A stretch of 64,000 bases of DNA. Origin: Octopus vulgaris. Its lineage: Eukaryota. Location: the NCBI GenBank assembly GCA_951406725.2, contig OX597817.1, forward strand, positions 63,240,001-63,304,000, read 5' to 3'. A program made the translations under genes and the position numbers. Positions 1 through 12,419 of this stretch are shown here, in pieces. The notes below the pieces were generated by a model. It saw nothing but the letters and a program-made list of their open reading frames with translations, was not told the origin of the DNA and searched no databases. How positions within the stretch are numbered: position 1 is the stretch's first letter; each line of letters opens with the position of its first letter.

Positions 1-444
1 AAAGTCAACCTCAGCAGAATTTGCATACAGAATGCTATTAAGCATTTCACATGGTGTGCTAACAATTTGCCAGCTTGCCTCCTTAAAACTACTACCAATA
101 TATTGAGTGAAATTATTACTTTCTCTAGTTATTTATTCAATTCTATCTATCTACTAGCTAATATCTGCAAGGTTCCAGCAGCATCTCACACACTGAATTA
201 AATTATGAAAGCAATAACTTATCAAATTTTCAATGTAAAAGGCTGCTGGGTATTACTTGTGGTTTGAGTTCAGTTAGTCAGTTGTAATTTTCAATCTCAA
301 ATAGGGGTGTACCACATTTAATATCATTTTGTATTGGAAATCTTGCTGGTTAATTCATTAAGTGAAAATATTCATTTCTCTTTCTGATAAATCACAAACA
401 GATTAATTTTTGTCTAAGGAAGGAGTGCAGTTTATTGAGTTAAT

Positions 445-662
445 TCTAATAATGCTTTCTACTATAGGCACAAAGTCTGATATTTGGGAGAAGGGACTAG
501 TCAATTATATCAGCTCCAGTACACAGCTGCTACTTATTTCATTGATCCTAAAAGGATGAAAGGCTGAGTTGACCTCAGTGGAATTTGAATTGAGAATGTA
601 AGACAGATGAAATGCAACTAAGTATTTTGTCCAGCATGCTAACGATTCTGCCAACTTGCCAC
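445..662 (-). mobile_element. tRNA-derived SINE, family B (head ggcggcgagctggcagaatcgttagc); a partial copy also at 1-85
   Basis: Reverse complement of the family seen at 37160-37385; shared core gaggtcgactttgcctttcatcctttcggggtcgat. Confidence 0.75.
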
Positions 663-1039
663 ATTATATTAGTTAATTATGAGTTAATTATAATTAATAA
701 TTAATCCCAGTATGCTTCTGATATATCTCTCATTAACCATGAGAAAAGGTTTAAACCAATCCACACAGTATTTAGCATTGGAAATACAAAATTTTACTTA
801 CATAATAAACTAATGAATATTTTAAGTCTCATCTCTTCTCTGGAAGTAAAATAATATATCATATTCGTTCAGATATATTCTTCCTTAGAGAAAATTGCAG
901 GTGTGCATGAGCACATGTACACACTCACATGTGCATTATTTCATGAATTTTTATTTCTTTGACATAAAATATTTTGTACAATTTTTTTTTTTTTGCTATT
1001 CTTTTATTCTCTTTTGTATGTTATGTTTTACTGTTTTAG

Positions 1040-1202
1040 GTTCAAGCAATATTAAGCGACCCCAAAATGGTTTCATTAGATTTTCTGTGGAGAAGAGAGC
1101 TGAAGTTGCTGCCAAGAATCCTCACCTTGATAACAGGAATATCTCCTGTGTCTTGGGATCTCAGTGGAAACTTTTATCTAAAGAAAATAGGGAACATTAC
1201 CA
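1040..1202 (+). CDS. HMG-box protein, internal coding exon (HMG box helices 1-2 and start of helix 3); upstream exons lie outside the window
   Basis: Acceptor ttttag at 1034-1039 after a T-rich tract; donor CA|GTAAGT at 1203. Reads SSNIKRPQNGFIRFSVEKRAEVAAKNPHLDNRNISCVLGSQWKLLSKENREHY(Q), matching the Sox/HBP1/CIC HMG pattern KRPxNxF...NP..dN..IS..LG..WK.L.... Confidence 0.9.
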
Positions 1203-1495
1203 GTAAGTTAAATAATTTCATTATTTTAACTCTTTGCATGCCAACCTGCCTGTAACCACCTCTAGTTCTGTGATACGAAATCTTCTGTTTTTGAGCATTC
1301 CTTTTTAAAGTTTAACCATCCATCATAATTTTAGCAGATAATATTTCCATATATCTGTTGTTATTAAAACGAGTCCTGAATATGTTCTGGGTATTGTTGT
1401 ATCCTCTGCTTATGCTAAAAGCTTTGCATTTACAAAATACAGTGCTTTCCACTGTATTTTGTTTGTGCCACATTCCAGTTTAATAGCAAAAGTTT

Positions 1496-1910
1496 ATCAT
1501 CATCATCATCACTTAAAGTCTGCTTTCCATGCTAGCATGGGATGGACAGTTTGACAGGAACTGGCAAACCAGAGGACTGTACCAAGCTCCACTGTTTTTT
1601 TTTGACATGGTTTTTACAGCTGGATGCTCTTCCAGAGTGGACTGAATGCTTTACATGTGACACTAGTACTGATGAGGTTGGTTTAGGCATTATTTTTTAC
1701 AACTAGATGCTTTTTCTAAAGTCACCCATTTCACAGAGTGGACTGGGTGTTTTACACATGACACCAGCACTGGCAAGATCTGTTTAGACATGGTTTTTAT
1801 GACTGGATGCTCTTTCTAAAGCCAGCCATTTCACAGGGCAGTCTGGGTACTTTTCATGTGGCACTAACACTGGCAAAGCCTGTTTTTGCTTGGTTTTTAC
1901 AGCTGGATAT
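1496..1910 (-). mobile_element. RTE-tail-type retroposon, (CAT)n end, with internal ~100-bp tandem amplification
   Basis: catcatcatc...tttccatgctagcatggg start shared with 13239 and 21622 copies; unit tttttacagctggatg...cacagagtggactg recurs at about 1612, 1693, 1795, 1894. Confidence 0.65.
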
Positions 1911-3778
1911 TTTCATAAATTCTTCCAAAGATTTTAATCCCCTTCAAAATTGATTAAAACACACAGAAACAGTCATAAAAGAGTTACAATAAATTTTCTT
2001 GTATATGAAAAACCTATTCATCATTGACCACCCTTAACCATTACTCTTCATTTATTATATTTGTTCCCTGAGTCATGCCCTGTCTCTAACCATCCTTCAC
2101 TCTTATAAAATCTTGCAATCTCTATCCATTCATATTCCTGTTCTCTACATACTTCTTTTCACTTTCTTGTACCTTCGGAGTCCATCCTGACACCTTTATC
2201 ATCTCTTATTTTATCTGTGTTTCCAGTTCCACCTGAGTTATTCCCATCCACTCTTCTATAATGTGAGTAGCTATGTCGTTCTTCTACAGCAAAAGTCCCT
2301 TTTGTGTTCAGGTCCCTTTTTTCATAATATAGCTTTTCATATGTTTACATAAAGCTGCTTCTTTCTTTACTCATTCAGTCTTGTAGTTTTCAACAGTATA
2401 TCCCTATTGAGTAAGATATACAGATAGCTTTTTTGAACTAATACTGCTTCTGTTGCTAATAATGAAGTTTTACTCTGCCCACCAGCCATTTGTAACATCA
2501 GTGACTTGTTAATTACTGTTTTTCTATATCATTAGAGATGAAATTTGTTCAAGCATGTGGTCATGGAGAATAATTGCTACCAGTGATGTGCAAATGCACA
2601 GAATCCCAGTTTAGCTGTTCCATTGCCACTGCTCAACTATTTTCATCCGCTACTGACACATTTCCATGCTATTTAGCACTTTGTGTCTATACAAGATGTT
2701 TTCTTGATGAATAGTGTAGTGTTGTGGCTTTCTTACATTATATTCAAGTTAATAAGATATATAAATTGTTAATCTGAACTGCTTCTGTCACTAATAACAA
2801 AGTAATATATTCATCTAACTTATGCTAGCATGATAAAATGGACATAATAACAAATGAAGTGAGAGAGGAGGGAGAGGAAGTGAAGGAAGAGAGGGAGGGA
2901 GAGGAAGCAGAAGAGAGAGAGAGAGAGAGATGTTAGTAATGAGCTGAAAGGAGTGTTCAACATCAGATAGGAGGATAATGAAATCTTTAATGAAATTGAC
3001 ATCAAATTTCTAGTACCACTGGTTTCATGCTTACAGGTTGACCAGCAATTATCAACTAGAAGCTCAGTTGAAATTTCAAATTTTGTATTTTTAGTTGATA
3101 TTTGCTGACTAACCCATGTACATGAAACTATTGGTATTAGAAATTTAATATACACATGCATATATATGAATGAATAATATGTTTAATGGCATATATAACA
3201 TGAATCAGAACTGAAATAAATTTATCCTTAGCTGTGATAGAAATTTTTAAGAATATAATTCTATATCCTTCTATGCTTTTGATGTGCTGAAGAGAAAAGC
3301 TGGGTGACTCCTAACAGGCTGTTTTGTACTTTGTTACTTACTTCTCAGATGAAAAATACCAGATTTCATTGTCCAATTGAAAGCATAGAATATCTGGCTG
3401 CTCTATGATGCAATTAGGAATTAATTTATTACTGTAATGATTAGCTTAATTTGCATATTTGCACCTTAGCTGGTTCAGAATGACTGAAATATATTTAAGT
3501 ATTAGAAAGCCTTAGGTGTGATAGGAAATTATAAAAATGTAAACATTCCTTTGCTTTTGACGTGTGATAAAAAGAAGTCTGATGAAGACATTCATAGCAA
3601 ACCTTTTTGCAGTTAGTTGATTACTTTTCAGAGGAAATGTACTTGAGCCAAAACTATAGAATGCTATTAAATGTGAGACTCCTCTACAGTACAAAACTGT
3701 TACAAGTATTTACAGTGCCCTCCCCACTGCCCTGGGGGTGGGGGCAAAAATTAGTGGCCGTTTCCCATTTGAAACTTC

Positions 3779-4172
3779 TTTTATCTTTTACTTGTTTCAG
3801 TTATTGGACTTTAGCCATGCTGGGGCTCTGCCTGGAATGATTTTAGTCAAACAAATTGACTCTAGCACTTAAGTTTTTAAATCTGGTACTTATTATATTG
3901 ATCACCTTTTATTGAACTGCTAAGTTATGGTGATGTAAACTGATGAACGCTTGTTAAATGGGGTTGTGTGTTTGATGAAAGAACATGCATTTACACGTGT
4001 GTGCATACACATAGATGTGTGCATGTACACCACACACACACAGGATGGGCTGCTACACAATTTTCATCTACCAGATTCATTCAGAAGGCATTGGTTGACC
4101 TGGAAGTGCTGCATAATGGGACTGAACCAGAAACCATGTGGTTGTAAAGCAAGCTTCTTAACTAACCACACG
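3779..4172 (-). mobile_element. tRNA-derived SINE, family A, degenerate
   Basis: ttttacttgtttcagt...ccatgctgg...gggactgaacc...aaaccatgtggtt, colinear with the 6091-6492 copy. Confidence 0.7.
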
Positions 4173-5076
4173 GTAGACTATAGGGAATTCTCAAAAATTT
4201 TGATGAAGGAATATAATATAATTATCTTGATGACTGAGCAAAATTATCGTAAACTTGTTTGGAATCAGATGACAGTTGAGACAAAAATTTGAATAAAGTA
4301 TGTTGAAATGGAAGAAAATAATTAGAAAACTGAATTTGAATAAGACATTGAATTATGGGTAATCATTTTCAAAGTTCTTGTAAATAAATATTTTGAATTA
4401 TTATTGAATGTAATGATACTTATGATTCAAGAAATAGCAAGATACATGAATTAATGTCAACAAAGATAAAATGATCCCTATCTTTCAGTTGACAAAATTC
4501 AAGATATGCCAAAATTCTAGGAATAAAAATCTACAATGATTATCTTCACAAAAGATAAAAAATTCAAGACTATTGGTTGGCAACTAAATTCTTGGTTTTA
4601 CAGTTTGCATCTGAGACTAGGTGATAGTAATAATTAATTTATATAAATTTATGTAAATGTTTGTTTTTTTCCCCTCTGATTCCATTTGATACTGTGTTAT
4701 TTTGATAACACTAATGTATCAAACGGGACTGCCAAAAGAAAGATATGAAAAATCTAGTTGAAGCAGACCTTGTCATTCTATATTGTATAGATATTCTGTC
4801 TTTTCTTGAACAACACTGTGAGAAAAACTGATAGAGGCTTTATTCTTTTCCAACGTGGAATTCAATAAATGTCTTCTAGGTGTTATTCAATCAGGCTTCT
4901 ACAAATAAAATTACATAGAATTTTTTGAAATTATTTTATGCTACAAAACTTCCAAAAATGTTAATCAATATATTAAATAAAACATTACTTTTCTTTTTCT
5001 CTATCACTGTCTCTCCCCCTCCTCCTCTCTATATATGCATAATGTATTTATGTATTCAAGATCCACAATTCCAATA

Positions 5077-5116
<40 letters not shown>

Positions 5117-5129
5117 ATGTGTGTGTGTA

Positions 5130-5176
<47 letters not shown>

Positions 5177-5273
5177 GTTGCAAGTATTTAACTCATGACA
5201 TTATGTTATACAATAATTGTGCATTGCCTAATATATAGAACTAAGTAAGAAAGGAATAGAGACAAACAGACAG

Positions 5274-5324
<51 letters not shown>

Positions 5325-5474
5325 CTGTCTCTCTCTGTGAAAGCATGAAAGGTGACAGTTACAAATTTCACTAGCATGCCTTTTATGTTAGAATGTGTCT
5401 ATTTGTATATCAAACTGCATAAAATATACATAAACATGTGTGTGTGTGTGTGTGTGTACATATATATATATTAC

Positions 5475-5642
5475 AAAGGAGGCAGTCAGAATTTTGGATA
5501 ATTCTTTATTAGTGCTTTTTTTTGTTTGACTGAATTCTTCAAGAAAAATTAAACCAAAATTGGTTCAGTGTTTCTTGAAGAATTTGGTTAAACAGATGAA
5601 AGCACTAATAAAGAATTATCCAAAATTCTTACTGCCTCCTTT
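5475..5642. repeat. Gapless inverted repeat (83-bp arms, essentially no loop)
   Basis: 5475-5557 is the reverse complement of 5560-5642 with 10 mismatches counted by eye; lies next to a (TA)n tract. Confidence 0.92.
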
Positions 5643-6090
5643 TTCTTAATATACAATATCTGTAGACCAATTCAAACTCTCTCTCTCCCTTTCTCCCCCC
5701 TCACTCTCTCTGTGTCTGTCTGTTTGTGTGTGTGACATAAATATCACTATTGATTATTCAATCAAATGTGGTTATGCATCACTAGTCACAATGTGCTTCT
5801 TCACATTATTATAGCTTTTGAATGATGACACACCACTGGCTAGGTGAGCAGGCCCAATGTTCCCACTGAATGGGATACCAATCTATTGCAGTTTCACCCA
5901 TTTGCAACTGAATGGATTGGAGCAATGTGAAATGAAGTTATTTTGCTGATGAACATAATGCACAACTGGTTTGGTAATTGATACACACAAGTTCACATGA
6001 TGAAATAATGAATATTGGAGTTGGTCTCATTCAGAACAGGTTCCTTGCGGAAGATTGGCTCATTTTTGTTTAACCTTTTGTTATCATACT

Positions 6091-6492
6091 TTTCTTTATT
6101 CTTTTATCCTTTTACTTGTTTCAGTCATTTGACTGCGGCCATGCTGGAGCACTGCATTTAGTCAAACACATCGACCCCAGGACTTATTCTTTTGTAAGCC
6201 CAGTACTTATTCTATTGGTCTCTTTTGCCGAACTGCTAAGTTACGGGGATGTAAACACATCAGCATAGGTTGCCAAGCGATGTTGGGGGACAAACACAGA
6301 CACACAAACACATACACACACATACATATATACACATATACAACGGGCTTCTTTCAGTTTCCGTCTATCAAATCCACTCACAAGGCTTTGGTAGGCCCAA
6401 AGCTATAGTAGAAGACGGTTGCCCAAGGTGCCACGCAGTGGGACTGAACCTGGAACCATGTGGTTGGTAAGCAAGCTACTTACCACACAACC
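6091..6492 (-). mobile_element. tRNA-derived SINE, family A, inserted in an older TTAA-type MITE (about 6070-6685)
   Basis: Near-complete reverse-complement match to 43921-44373 and 59470-59820; flanks resemble the two halves of the MITE at 59071-59291. Confidence 0.85.
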
Positions 6493-7295
6493 AATACACT
6501 ATTTTGTCTTCATTTAATTTTGAAATTAATATAGAATTTAGTAAATTAACTGTGTTGTTAATCTTCTGTTTATTACTCAAATAAACATGGAATTTTGATG
6601 GAAGGTTTTAATTTAGATTACTTTAAACCTGGAAGTCCGTATCACAGCCCCACTGGAGAGTCATGAGTGGGTTGATATGAAAGTTGTCTTGAACAGGCGG
6701 GTCAGGTATTCTTTGTCAACGCCCAGGTTCGCCCTGAGATCGTTTTTGTTTGAACTAATTCTGCTTCTGAAGTTTTACTCTGCCCACCAGCCATTTGTAA
6801 CAACAGTGACTTGTTAATTACTGTTCTAAAACAGCAATTTCCAGTATGTTGCTCTCCTTCAATTCAAAACAGATGGCAAATAATAGCCATTGTGTCCTTA
6901 TTTCTGGAGGCACATTTTTTATTGTGACTTCTGTCACTCTTTGGCTTAGATATGTCGGTATCATCACTGACTCATTTGTGTGGAGAGTTAGTGTTGAGAA
7001 CCATTTGGCCAGATTTTCAGTCTGATATCGGACTTGAACAGTACTGTATTTTTGCCGCCAGTTCCTATATTCTTTGTGTGTCCATACAGGGCGAAGGCAT
7101 TTCTCAATTTTCTGTTCTGGTGCATTTTCTGGTCTTCTTGTTTTTGTGCTTATTATTTTGTAAATAATTGTCCTTTTTTGTGTGTGTTTCTATAATGTTT
7201 TTAGGAATGTGTAGAGGTAAATTTGATCCTTCTTTACTAAGAAGTGCTTTTGTTTCATTAATTTCATCATTGTCACTGTAAGATTCATAGTTTGA

Positions 7296-8458
7296 AGGTC
7301 ATGCTTCACCACCTCGTCCCATGTCCTCCTGGGTCTACCTCTACCATGGGTTCCCTCCACAGTTAGAGATTGGCATTTCTATACACAGCTGTCCCTATCC
7401 ATATGCATCACATGACCATATCAGCAGTCATCTCTCTTGCACACCACATCTGATTCCTCTTATGCCTAACTTTTCTCGCAAGATGCTGACATTGAACATC
7501 CAGTGAAGCATACTGACTTCATTTTTCTCAATCCTATGCATGTCCTCAGCTGTTATCGCCCATGTTTCACTGCTATGCAGCATAGCTGTTCGCACACTGG
7601 CATCAAACAATCTGCTTTTCACTCTGAGAGAGAGAGGCCCTTTGTTGCTAGCAGGAGTAGGAGCTCTCTGAACTATGCCCAGCCTAATCTTATTCTCACA
7701 GCTACTCTCACGGGACAACCACCTCCACTACTAACCTGGTCGCCTAGATACTGGAAACTATCTACTACCTCTAGCTCCCCGCCTCTACCAGTTGATGGAA
7801 TCTATTTTCCTCACATTCAGCATTTATTATGCCTGTGCACCTTCCACATACAAAAGTTAGTTTCTCTGTTAACCTTCCTTTGATGTTGTTGCACATTTTG
7901 TGTGTCCAAAGCTTACAGTGGGTGCATCTCATGGAGTTTCTACCTACATCTTTTCTACAGATTGAGCATGGTCATCTACCCGAGGGGATTTCTGATTTGT
8001 ATGCTTTCCTACTTACTATGATTTTGGTTTTTGCTAAGTTAACTCTAAGGCCCTTTGATTCTAAACCTTGTTTCCATACCTCGAACTTCTTCTCTAGCTC
8101 AGGTAGTGATTCAGCTATCATCAGCATAGATTCAAAGTCATCAGCATAGAAGAGTTCCCAGGGACAGCCTTTCTTGAATTCCTCTGTTATTGCCTGAAGG
8201 ACTGAACACCGATCCTTGGTGAACCCCTACTTTTTCCTTGAATTCTTCGCTGTACTCGTTGTCAACCCTCACCTTACTGGTAGCATCCCTGTACAAGGCT
8301 TGTACAGCTCTCACCAACCACTTGCCTTTCCCTAGTTTCTGCATTGACCACCAAATAACGGATCAGGGAAGTCTGTCAAAAGCTTTCACCAAGTCAACAA
8401 AAGTCAAGTATAGAGGTTTATCTTTGGCCAGGTATTTCTCCTGCAGTTGCCCTACCAG
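7296..8458 (-). mobile_element. RTE-clade LINE, decayed reverse transcriptase fragment
   Basis: Minus-strand translation gives QLQEKYLAKDKPLYLTFVDLVKAFDR, WLVRAVQALYRDATSKVRV...VGVHQGSVFSP, a LLxADD-like motif and LSLRVKSRLFDASVRTAMLHSSETWA, with frameshifts and stops. Confidence 0.9.
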
Positions 8459-9243
8459 AAATAGAGTATGTTACGATTTTTTAGCTAAGTCTACAAATAG
8501 AAAAATGTATTACCCATTTGATTTCAATATGTGATATAGTTTTTAAGATTCACATTTTACGAATTGTTAAAGAGAAAAAATTCACAATTTGCAACATTTG
8601 TCTCTTCATAATAAGACTTGTTATTTTGTTTTTCTTTTCCTTTGTCATATGGAAAAGAATAGATTAACCTTGCCAGTTACCTTGCATTTGAGAATATCCA
8701 CATATAATCCACATTGCAACAGCTTGTTTACCTTTATCCCAGGTAGATCAAAAGTGAGCAAAGAGATAATAAAAGTTAAATGTCATCAATAAATTCTGCT
8801 ATTTTGTTATGTTTAGATGGAAATGAAATAATTTAATTCTTAACTATTAGATTAGGCATATAATTGATTTTGGATGTTATTTCATCTTGATATCAGTGGA
8901 ATATGTTACAAGCTTATAAAAGTTTCAAGACACCTTTACATTAGAGATGTATTGAGACATGTATGTTTGTGTTAAAGTGTACGTGAAGAATTTTAGAGTA
9001 TAAGCTTAATAAGAGAATTTATTGATGGATTAAAAGAAATAATGTAGTGTTTGTGTGTGTGTCTGCATGTATTTCTTTATTTTTTTTGCATGCATACATA
9101 CGTATGTACATGCAACATGCATGTGCACACACAAAAAAATGGAAACCAAAATAATAAATTGAACAATAAACTAATTTAATCATTAAATGATAAATTCAAT
9201 TCAATTTTTTATTTTATACAAACAAATGACACATCTCATAAAT

Positions 9244-9323
9244 TACAGCTGTTTCAAACTCCATTAATAAAAACAAATTTTTCAAGAATAAAATACCGTT
9301 TCAATATAATGAGGTTTCATCAG
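9244..9323 (-). ncRNA. Hammerhead-ribozyme-like motif (type I, Penelope-type), probably within a retroelement end at about 9130-9500
   Basis: Minus strand reads CTGATGA-[imperfect stem II, 61 nt]-GAAACAGCTGTA with palindromic stem III ACAGCTGT and GUA triplet; stem I pairing is weak. Confidence 0.5.
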
Positions 9324-9639
9324 TTCGACATATCTTCTTAAATATCTCATGGAAAACAGGAATTGAAAATTTTTATAACTGCTAATGCCTTAAAAAAAAA
9401 CGCTTTCAAAGAGCAGTCTTAAATCATAAATAAATAGCCAAACTGAAATTTCGTAAATTTCTAAATTTAAATCTATTAGTATCTAGTTCTATAACCAATT
9501 TTGTTGCACAATACACATATTCATATAGACATATTTATATACACACATGTACACCTATCCATTTATGTATATACACGTACGTGTACATACATGCATATTC
9601 ACATACTCAAGTTTATTCATCTATCTATCTATCTATGTA

Positions 9640-9642
9640 TAC

Positions 9643-9725
<83 letters not shown>

Positions 9726-9732
9726 TAGATAT

Positions 9733-9778
<46 letters not shown>

Positions 9779-9783
9779 TGTGT

Positions 9784-9816
<33 letters not shown>

Positions 9817-9878
9817 ACATATATATATATATATGTATACATATATGTATATATATGTATACATATATATATGCATAC

Positions 9879-9923
<45 letters not shown>

Positions 9924-9935
9924 ACATATATATAT
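9640..9935. repeat. Compound (TA)n/(TG)n/(TACA)n microsatellite
   Basis: Directly visible dinucleotide and tetranucleotide repeats; source of the YI/CV ORFs in the track. Confidence 0.95.
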
Positions 9936-10344
9936 TTACAATATGCATACATATACAATTCCAAACACACATGTATATGGTAAAACATTAGTTTATATAT
10001 TCATTCAAATATAAATAAAAGAATATAAATCCAACTTACAATTTATTCAAGTTATAGGTTAAAGTAAATACAAGGGAGATAACCATTAGTCCAATTTTTT
10101 GAAACAAAACGAAAAACGAAACCAACTCAATACGGGCAATGTAAAACAATTTAAATATGTACCTACAACAAAAACAAAGTAATACAAATACAAATGAAAT
10201 GTCCCCAATACGAACGAGCCAAAACAACAAATTAAACAAGATAAACACGCTATATCTTCATATATATCACATTCATTCATTCACACACATACACATACAT
10301 ATAAACAAAACGAAAAACGAAACCAACTCTGTATGGACATAAAA

Positions 10345-12415
10345 AATAACTTTCCGTGTAGCAGATTAGTGTTTTTGCTAACTTTTCAAATCATTAGCTG
10401 ACCTATTAACTTTAAGTCTGCTAACAAAATTGATATGCTTGTTCATGTTTGCTGTTTGCATGTCTCAAAGAGTCTGTCAGGCATGCTATTGGCTGACTAC
10501 ATGTACACATTACAAGACATGGCTGGTTGACGCAGTAGAAGCTGGCTGAGCAGCATAGTATAATTCTGTAGTTTTGAGTTGTGTTCACTTATGATGTTGT
10601 CACATTAAAGACATTATTAATGTCAGCGACAGCAGTGTACATTATAGGCTTATCAGGTTATCGCTTATCAGGTTATCGCTTATTGTTATGGAATGTAAAG
10701 ACATTTTTGTTTAGCCTGAGGATGAAGGACCTTTTGAGGAGTCTGCAATGGCTGTGGGTGAAGCAGAGGTTACTTAGGTGAGAGCCAGGAGTCTCAGAAC
10801 TTGTAGCATTTTTTTGAAAAGCATTAGCAGTTATAAAAATTTTCAATTCCTGTTTTTCATGAGATATTTAAGAAGATATGTTGAACTGATGAAACCTCAT
10901 TATATTGAAACGGTATTTTATTATTCTTGAAAAATTATCCATTATGTCAAGGGATAAGATGAATGCCAAAATCCTGTACTTCCAGTGTGTCATGTGCCAG
11001 CCCAAGGTGACCACCATCTAGGGTCAAGCAACGAGCCTCTACAACTTGAAGTTGCATATCAAGAAGAAACACCCAGCGCATGTTATCCAATTTGAGGACA
11101 TCGGGGCTGGCACTTCTCATGGGAAACACAGACGATCTTCTGTATCAGTGCCAGTAGCCAGTCATTGCAGTCATGGGCAAAGAAATCACACCAACCCAGC
11201 ATTGGCAAAGTATTTGCTCAAACTGTTGGCATTGGTGTCCATCAATCTATGGTGGATGGAAGGATTGTAGACCTATTTGTTGACCAACATGCTACTGCTG
11301 CATGTAACATGTAGTGGAGTCCTCCATATTGGTCAGCTTCATCAAGCTGCTGAACCCCAGCAAAACGTTGATCTCCCACTGCACCCCAGGCAAGATGATC
11401 TTGGCCAGCCATGAACAGCTGGAGAAGTATCTTACATGGTATTTATAAATTAAAATTATACAAGATTATTAAATTATTATAGCATACTTCATATTTTCTT
11501 CATTTGATTTAAATATTCAATAAATAATTATTTTCTTAAGTAATGTAATAAAATGTATAATGACTAATGGAAATAAATGTCATTATATATGGAATATATA
11601 TGTATATATATTTGACTCATAATTAAATCTGCACAATCAAAACAGCAGACTTTAATGAAATAAAAAGATTAATAACAAGGCTTCAAATTATAAGCAATAT
11701 TTCCGTGAATTTAGAACAGCCTAGTAGCAAAAGTTAAACTTCAATCTGTGTGATTTCTATAATAAAAATATGGTTATAAGCTACTGTGATCAAATGTCCT
11801 GTCTCTTTCCTACCCAAGAAAAACTCTACAAATCACGTGCTCACAAAAACCATTGCAGCTTGCGTGGAAATGCAGGTGAGAGGCTAGTTTAAAATTTTTT
11901 TTGCTTTAGTAGGCCTTGATCATACTCTGCATCAGTTTATTTATAGTGACTTTGAATTGCTCATTGGTTTTAAATTGCTGCTAGCCACCTTGATTATTTT
12001 ATGAATTTTCACATTGCCATATGGTGAAATTTGTCACCAATTCTAATGGCGTTCTCCATAATATAGACAGGGTGAGTTAGCCTCTATCAGCTGTGATGGA
12101 TGAGGATTACTGATGCCATCCTTGATGAGTCCAGTGGCCTGAGCCTAAATCTATCAGTGCACATGAAGTGTGCAGCCCATATCTTCAACTTCAAAGCCTG
12201 CTTGGATGCCAATAAGGCTCTTGACAGTGCTTTGTTCAAGTCAGCCTACAGGAAGGCTATGTTCAAGGCACAGAGGCTGTGAAATCTGCAGAGCTGCAGC
12301 ATAGTGGCAGCAGACAGCTGGTGGTCCCCTACGTTACTAGATGGAACTCTACCTATGACTTTGTTGTTGTCCTCTACAACCTGCTGCAGAAGAATAGGGA
12401 AGCTGTCCACAAGCA
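10345..12415 (+). mobile_element. hAT-superfamily transposon fossil with BED zinc finger
   Basis: 10959-11075 reads MNAKILYFQCVMCQPKVTTI*GQATSLYNLKLHIKKKHP (BED C-x2-C...H-x4-H with a stop); about 11311 VVESSILVSFIKLLNP; 12160 HMKCAAHIFN; about 12320 VVPYVTRWNSTYD, the hAT CxxH and TRWNS motifs. Left boundary is uncertain. Confidence 0.8.
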
Positions 12416-12419
12416 ATAA

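Noticed and set aside
9501-10014. Many overlapping ORFs rich in YI, CV, HT or MYVC (also at 5, 13.3, 17.4, 35, 37.6, 40.8, 42.9, 44.7 and 46.3 kb)
   Set aside because: Translations of (TA)n, (TG)n and (TACA)n microsatellites, which lack stops in most frames.
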